A stretch of 64,000 nt of DNA from Guillardia theta CCMP2712 (lineage: Eukaryota > Protista > Cryptophyta). The notes beneath the pieces were generated by a model. That model was not told the origin of the DNA and searched no databases. It saw nothing but the letters and a program-made list of their open reading frames with translations. The position numbers and the translations under genes were made by a program. Below, piece by piece: positions 58,226 to 64,000 of this stretch (the stretch's first letter is position 1; the number at the start of each line of letters is the position of its first letter). The stretch lies in the NCBI RefSeq assembly GCF_000315625.1, contig NW_005434654.1, positions 190,273 through 254,272 on the forward strand, given 5' to 3'.

Positions 58226-61030
58226 ATGGCGGGACAAGGCGGCGGCGGCGGCGAGGGAGCACAGGGTGCGGTCGGGGGATCGAGACGAGATGTAGAGAAG
58301 CAGGGGAAGACAACAAAGCAGGATGAGGATGATGTTGTGAAGAGAGACATGCTGTCAACGCTCGTCATGCTGCTCACGAACAAACATAGCGCAGAGCTCT
58401 ATGACAGGCAGGTGAAAACGTTAATGAGAATCAGCAAGGCTTATAGCGACGGGTTCTTCATTGCAGACATTCATAAGCTCGTCCAAATTTTCAAACATGT
58501 TGGGGGTCGGGTGGATCAAGGGATGACAGAGTTTGTTGAGCCTCTTTGCGATCTGTTGAACATTTGCTCCAAGCCCTTTGTTAAACAGATAGCGAGCGAG
58601 GAATACAGAAACTTTGACTCTTTGAGCGAAATCGTACAAGTAATCTGCTCCTTTATATCGTCTAAGATTCCTGAGATTCAGCTTTCGGCGGCAGCAGCCA
58701 TGATCGCATATTCAACGACTGACGAAGGGTTGCCCGCTAGCATTAGTTTTCGGAATCAAATTCTCGAAAGCAGCAGCGCCATTGAAAACATCGGACAGGT
58801 CTTTCAGAGGGGGGAACTCGACAAGAAGGTACTGCTCCAACTTCTACAGCTCCTGCTCGAACTCTCTCGCAGAAACGAACTGGCAGCGCAGATTTCACAG
58901 CAAAATTGTTTGGAGTACGCCGTGGAAGCTCTTCTGCATGGTTTCAAATCACATATATGCGTGATATCGGTAGAGATTCTCTGGAATTGTATGGAGAATG
59001 TCCCGTCTGCCGCTGAGCGACTTGGTACCAAGAGGACGGCAGACGTGTTTGCTCAGGTCATCACAGACCTGTTGAAGGAAGGTTATCGATCGCAAGACAA
59101 GGAGTTGAGGAATGAGTTGCTGCTGGTGCTGCATTACTTGGCGGAGAAGGTCGTTATCTCCTCTCCATGTCAGATTTCTGATGCTGACTATGTTTCTGCC
59201 CTGCAGGATAAAATCCATGAATTCTTTATCGCCAACGGTTTCCTGGAAACCTTGTTGACTACTTCATCTGCCAGCGAGAGTGAAGTAAGAAACGATGTAA
59301 AGTCGTCGGTTTTGACCTCCTCGAGCGAAGACTTTGAGATGAAGCGGACCATGATGCACATAATTTGCCTGCTGTCCGAGAACCCAGCTTGCATGGATAG
59401 AATCAAACAACACCACTCCTTTATTCCAGGCCTGGTCTTGCACTTGGACGAAAGGTATGTCAACCATCTTGCAAGGAAGAAGTTCTCCCGGCAACAACAG
59501 AGACAGCTCCAGATCGAATGTTTGTCTTCTCTCGTCATCCTCGTGCCGAAATTTCCGGATCTCTTCATCCAGCTCGGAGGCCTCGCCATCATCCTCCAAT
59601 TTCTTTCTGAACAGTCGGAGGAAAGTCTTCGTTCCGGTTGCCTTCGTCTCCTCATTCAGTGTGCAAAGCTTCCTGGCTTCCAAGAAGAGCTTGGAGGGAA
59701 GGCTGTGGCCATGATGATCTCGTTGGTAAAGGAGCAGAGCATGCATCCGTTCCATATCCGGCAGGATGCACTTAGCGTCCTTGCTCGACTGTGTGAGAAT
59801 TGCCCTGCCAACCAGAACATCGTCTCGGCGTTGGAGGGCCTGGATGCATTGATAGAGAACATTGAGTGGACGGTGGAGGAGACGATCAGGATGGAGCCGA
59901 TGTCTCTGACTGCTGTGGATGCAGTCTGGTGCATCGTGTGCGGGAACAGAGAGAACGAGAGGTTGTTCGAGCAGAAGGGAGGGCTAGAGGCTTTGGTGCT
60001 GCTGCTTGACAAGTGCCCCCGTTTCTTGCAATTCCTGGTCGTGAGTTGCATGTGCCAACTGGTTGAGAATCAGGGCCTGCTGGAGCAGCTTAGGACTCTG
60101 AGGGAGCCAGTCGCCAACAAGGCGGTGACGCACCTGCTGATCAGGCTGTGGAGGGAAGAGGAAGACTACATCCTGCAGGAGGAAAGGAAAGAGTTGGAGA
60201 TCAGAGGCGTCAATCTGAGGAGAGAGGAAGACATGAGGTCGGGAGAGCTCGTTGAGCACCTGACCCTGAAGAACCTGCACACGAAGATCCATTCCCTGCT
60301 TGTCAAACTCGGTTTTGACACGGCGAGGGACGAGTTGGACACAGAGGAGAAGAAGAAGCTCTTCCAGATCGAGAAGTATCTGCAGGCGCATGAAGCCACT
60401 CTGTGGCAGGCGTTCAACAAGGAGCTAGCAGAGGAAGGGATCCGGCCTGTCACACCTGACCGCAGGATTCTGGAGAGGAGGGTCGATGAGAACATGGCAG
60501 CCCAGGAGGAGCTCGAGGAGCAACTGGAAAATATGGACGCACAGCATGAGGCGGGAGAGCAGGAGGAGCTGCGACAATTCTTTCAGCAGATCCATCAGGA
60601 GGAGCTTGCCAGGAAGAACACGGTGAAGCGAGTCAGTCAGGCCCTGCCGACGTCGACGAGGACCAAGATCATCGTGGACTCGCACAAGTCGCAGATCTAT
60701 CCCCCGCTGATCGCAACGACAAGAGGGCTGGAGGAAAAGACCAACGACGGGCGGGGGAGCCGAACAGAGAGGAAGGACAACGTGGAGGAGTTCCTGCGGG
60801 ACTCCGCAACATCGAAGCTGGTAAGTGCCCCTTCCTTCCTTTCGTGTTGCTCCTGCTCGCCTCCCTCCTCCTTCCTCCCTGCGCCATCCCCGTTGATGTT
60901 GCTCACCGGCGCTTGTCAGGTGGCATCCAGACCTACAAGTGCAAGGCCGAAGAGTGGGAAGAGCGTTGAAGGCAGTCAGACCCCAGCTGGGGCCGGAGTG
61001 AACGCAGCCATCGCATTACGAGCTTCTTAG
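58226..61030 (+). CDS. CFAP69: Cilia- and flagella-associated protein 69 (ARM-repeat)
   Basis: ARM-like helical protein with GYRSQDKELRNELL, EDFEMKR, LIRLWREEE and EEGIRPVTPDRR. Probable in-frame introns at ~59150-59207 and 60821-60920. Confidence 0.75.
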   Translation: MAGQGGGGGEGAQGAVGGSRRDVEKQGKTTKQDEDDVVKRDMLSTLVMLLTNKHSAELYDRQVKTLMRISKAYSDGFFIADIHKLVQIFKHVGGRVDQGMTEFVEPLCDLLNICSKPFVKQIASEEYRNFDSLSEIVQVICSFISSKIPEIQLSAAAAMIAYSTTDEGLPASISFRNQILESSSAIENIGQVFQRGELDKKVLLQLLQLLLELSRRNELAAQISQQNCLEYAVEALLHGFKSHICVISVEILWNCMENVPSAAERLGTKRTADVFAQVITDLLKEGYRSQDKELRNELLLVLHYLAEKVVISSPCQISDADYVSALQDKIHEFFIANGFLETLLTTSSASESEVRNDVKSSVLTSSSEDFEMKRTMMHIICLLSENPACMDRIKQHHSFIPGLVLHLDERYVNHLARKKFSRQQQRQLQIECLSSLVILVPKFPDLFIQLGGLAIILQFLSEQSEESLRSGCLRLLIQCAKLPGFQEELGGKAVAMMISLVKEQSMHPFHIRQDALSVLARLCENCPANQNIVSALEGLDALIENIEWTVEETIRMEPMSLTAVDAVWCIVCGNRENERLFEQKGGLEALVLLLDKCPRFLQFLVVSCMCQLVENQGLLEQLRTLREPVANKAVTHLLIRLWREEEDYILQEERKELEIRGVNLRREEDMRSGELVEHLTLKNLHTKIHSLLVKLGFDTARDELDTEEKKKLFQIEKYLQAHEATLWQAFNKELAEEGIRPVTPDRRILERRVDENMAAQEELEEQLENMDAQHEAGEQEELRQFFQQIHQEELARKNTVKRVSQALPTSTRTKIIVDSHKSQIYPPLIATTRGLEEKTNDGRGSRTERKDNVEEFLRDSATSKLVSAPSFLSCCSCSPPSSFLPAPSPLMLLTGACQVASRPTSARPKSGKSVEGSQTPAGAGVNAAIALRAS

Positions 61031-61045
61031 CTAGCTATCCCCTCA

Positions 61046-63271
61046 TTATTGTTTTCTATCCTCTTGAACCAATCGCGAAGCTACACCATTGCGCAGCTCG
61101 TGCTCGACTCGCCGCAGCCGGCTGTGGATCTCGCTGCCACGTCACGTCAGCACCTCCCTCGTCCTGTAGCTGCAAGTTGCCTGACGGATGGCTCCAGCCT
61201 CGATGCAAGTCTCAACATCTCCAGGGCCCTCTTATGGTCCTGGCAGTTTGCAAAGGAGCAAACGCACGAGTCAAAATGTCGATGTGCCAGATGAGACCGA
61301 CGGGGAGGAGTCCTGACCTGATAGCGCTGGGATATCATGGTGCTGTAGGAGCACAGAGTCTGTGCATGATGAGGATCCATCTTGAGCAACGCCTGCATCG
61401 CTATCAGGCAAGATGCACCAACGAGTCTGGCAGACCTCGTAATGATATGTTGCCTCATCAATCTCACCCTTCATCTGCAACACAGTCGCGAAGTTGGAAC
61501 GAAGCTCCAGGTTGTCAGGTATCAGCATGAGCGCGTCCTGGTGAACGATCATCATCGTCCTCATCCGATCGGTCGACTGACCCGAAAAGTCTTGACTGCC
61601 AAATCAGCTTGCTTCAAGTAAAACTGCGAGAGAGCAAGACTGCAACGAAGAGATGTCTTACTCTTCTCTCAGAGCATCAGGATCAAAGACCTGTTCCAGG
61701 ATGTAGCATGGTAGGGGTCGAGGCTCTTGGCGATGGTGAAGAAGTAGGCAGCAGTCTTGCGATCTTTGCCACAGGACCCCAAAACCCTCCCGAGGTTGAA
61801 GTAATGATCAGGGTTCTCCGGCTCGATCGCTGCAGCTCGGCTGACGTGCGTCATGCTTTGACAACAGATGAACTTCTCCTCACCGATACAGAGAGACCAC
61901 GTCCTCCCAATTCTCATCGCACCTCTCAACGACTTTCACCAGCTCAAGGATGACGGCAAGGTCTTGAGGATCTTGAGCAAGAGCTTTCCTGGGGAAGAAC
62001 AGACGCTGTCTCAGCAGATCAATCTCCTCCATCTAACTTCCTCGCCTGTACATCAGAGAGGCTTCACTGTCTCTCCCTGTCTGTGACAGTAGACATCCAT
62101 AAAGGTTCATACACTCAGAGTCCTTGGGATTGATCTCTAGCGCACTCCTAACATAGTGCCGCTCAACAACAAGGAACGTGAGAGAGTTCATACCGCAGAA
62201 GAGCCTCCGCTTCCTTCCTCTTGCCGATCCCAACCTTGAGAGATGCCAGCACTGTCCTCGCTCCTGTGTGCTTCGGATTGAGCCACAACGCCCTCTGCAG
62301 CTCACGGTCTCAGCGTCGCCCTTTTAGCCCCCCACACAAACTTTGAGAAGCTCGTCTGCCTTGAGGATGTCTCTCCCTTTCTTCTTGATGTACTCTGCCT
62401 TCATCTGTCCAACAGTTCAGGTGCGGAGCATGGCGGCTCCTGCCAACCACCTGCGGGAGGTAGGAATGGATTTTCCTGCGTGTCCGATTCGCAGGATGAC
62501 CGTGCTGCTGCTGCGCAGCCCCTATGACACCGGAGGAGTTTGATTGGAGCTTCAAGGATGAGACGTTTCTCTCAGTGGGGGGCCTGAGACCAGTACAGGA
62601 GCGTCACGTATGCGAGGATCGACCTCCTCGCTTGTACTCCACGTTTTGGCTACCTCAAGACCAGGAACTCAGCATAGGCCACCAGCGGGAGCGAGTGATT
62701 CTGAAAGAGATGGATGGCCCCGTTGAAGATTCGCTCAGCCTCTTCGTAGTCAGGGTCTTCCCTGAGCTTGAGATCAGCGAAAGTCAAGTGCAGGCTCGCA
62801 GAAAGCTTGCCTGTGCCAAAGAATGCTGGCAAGGTTCAGCAGAGGAGCCAAAGAAGAGTTGAACGGTATCATCGAGCGGATGGCTCCCTCCGCCCCCGTC
62901 AGGTTCTTCCAGTGCACTGCCTGGATGTATGCAAGGTTGTTCGCAGCTAGAGGAAGCCCTGGGGAGATGCGAAGGGCGTTCTCGTAGCATCGTGCTGCTT
63001 CCAGATAACGACCCTCGTTCATCCCGTCCTGGGCGGAGTTCAACCATGGCAGAAGACTTGAGTTGCCGCCCTCGATGTCGAGCTTGATGGTGGATACCGC
63101 CCCATCTTCGTCTTTCAAGTCTCCAAGGGGATACGCATGGAAGAATCCATGCTTCTGCCTCCGTCCTGCTAGGCTGGGCGCAGAAACATCAGCCGGCTCG
63201 AGACGCGAGATCGCGAGCACGAGCAAGAGCAGTCTTGCCGCCACGTGCTCCATCGGGAGACGGGGAAGCAT
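61046..63271 (-). CDS. TPR-repeat protein with N-terminal signal peptide, multi-exon
   Basis: TPR patterns GRYLEAARCYENALRISP, ALEINPKDSECMNLYGCLL and IEPENPDHYFNLGRVL; hydrophobic leader RLLLLVLAIS. Confidence 0.8.
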
Positions 63272-63289
63272 GCGAGAGGAGGACAGTGA

Positions 63290-64000
63290 TCATATCATGT
63301 CGCCAGCTGCATGGCGCCGATCGCGTCGGGCGCGCTCCTCCTCGCTCTCCATTGCGCCTGCTCTGACTGCCGCAAACTTGTCTGCAGCCTCGATACTTAT
63401 TTACGCGGGGCAAGGGAAGCAGGCCTGGGGAGGGGAGGGGGAGGGGGAGGAGGCAGGAGAAGGTCATGGCGAGCTCTGTGGATGAAGGGAGGATGAGATG
63501 ACGACCTCAGCAGCATGTAGCGGCAGGGCGAGGAGAGGAGACGCGGTGCGGCTCTCTTGCTTCAACCTCTCTCTGCCTGGAAGCCAGAGGAGCGAAGAAG
63601 AGGAGAGAGCAGGGGAGAGGCGGAGGCCATTGGTCGGGAGGCTGGTGAAGCCAGGAGTACTGAGATCCAGCTTCTCGTCCATTGAGTCAGAGGCGCACGC
63701 TGCGGCTGGGCATGCCAGAGCTTGCAAGCAGGAGAGAAGGTGCGTGTTTGTTCGAACCCGGACCGCTGCACAGTCCTTGAGCCCTACAAGGAGGCTCGAC
63801 CAGGCCGCAGGCCGCTTGCATGAGAGGGCAGGTCAGAGCCATGCACGGAAAGACGATGTGAGATCGCAGAACCAGAGGAGCCACCTGGATGGAAGTCGGC
63901 GAGCGAGAACGAGCCGGCCTGCCGCGGCTTCAAGGGAGGACGAGCAAGCGCTCGGTCAAGCTATGCAGGGAAGTCAGAGCAGGGAAGTGAGCATGAGACT
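63290..64000 (-). CDS. 3' part of a hypothetical multi-exon gene continuing beyond the window
   Basis: Coding-like terminal exon IEAADKFAAVRAGAMESEEERARRDRRHAAGDMI* and pyrimidine-rich intron-like tracts. Confidence 0.4.

Overview
Gene-dense eukaryotic nuclear DNA with short GT-AG introns, GC-rich exons and F...[LV]RM plastid transit peptides, most consistent with a cryptophyte alga such as Guillardia theta (inference; no search run). Recognisable genes: DUF202 membrane protein, TMC-like channel, GILT thiol reductase, SHIPPO/PG-repeat ciliary protein, plastid-type beta-carbonic anhydrase with a long C-terminal tail, two intact and one truncated PP2C copies in a tandem plus inverted duplication, a TM-C2-EF-hand protein, a USP53/54-type deubiquitinase with a PAM2 motif, DGAT2, prefoldin 4, CFAP69 and a TPR protein. 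The most striking feature is a cluster of three paralogous multi-exon genes (44.4-57.0 kb) that the ORF track only shows in fragments. They encode disordered, multivalent 'sticker-spacer' proteins built from three recurring elements: a ~42-aa PAQDAGDLPDAGWGGEKKAHTRDP..DPKSKQTYVP module, an [ST]FEEYMK[KR]R helix, and a 43-aa repeat carrying SYSTTGGYTP[RG]. They are candidate pyrenoid/Rubisco-linker or other condensate scaffolds, and share a distinctive GGGTA/TTTACAG-rich upstream DNA type with the carbonic anhydrase. A decayed copy of the PP2C 5' end also appears to show the GC-rich intergenic islands forming by accumulation of short motif insertions.
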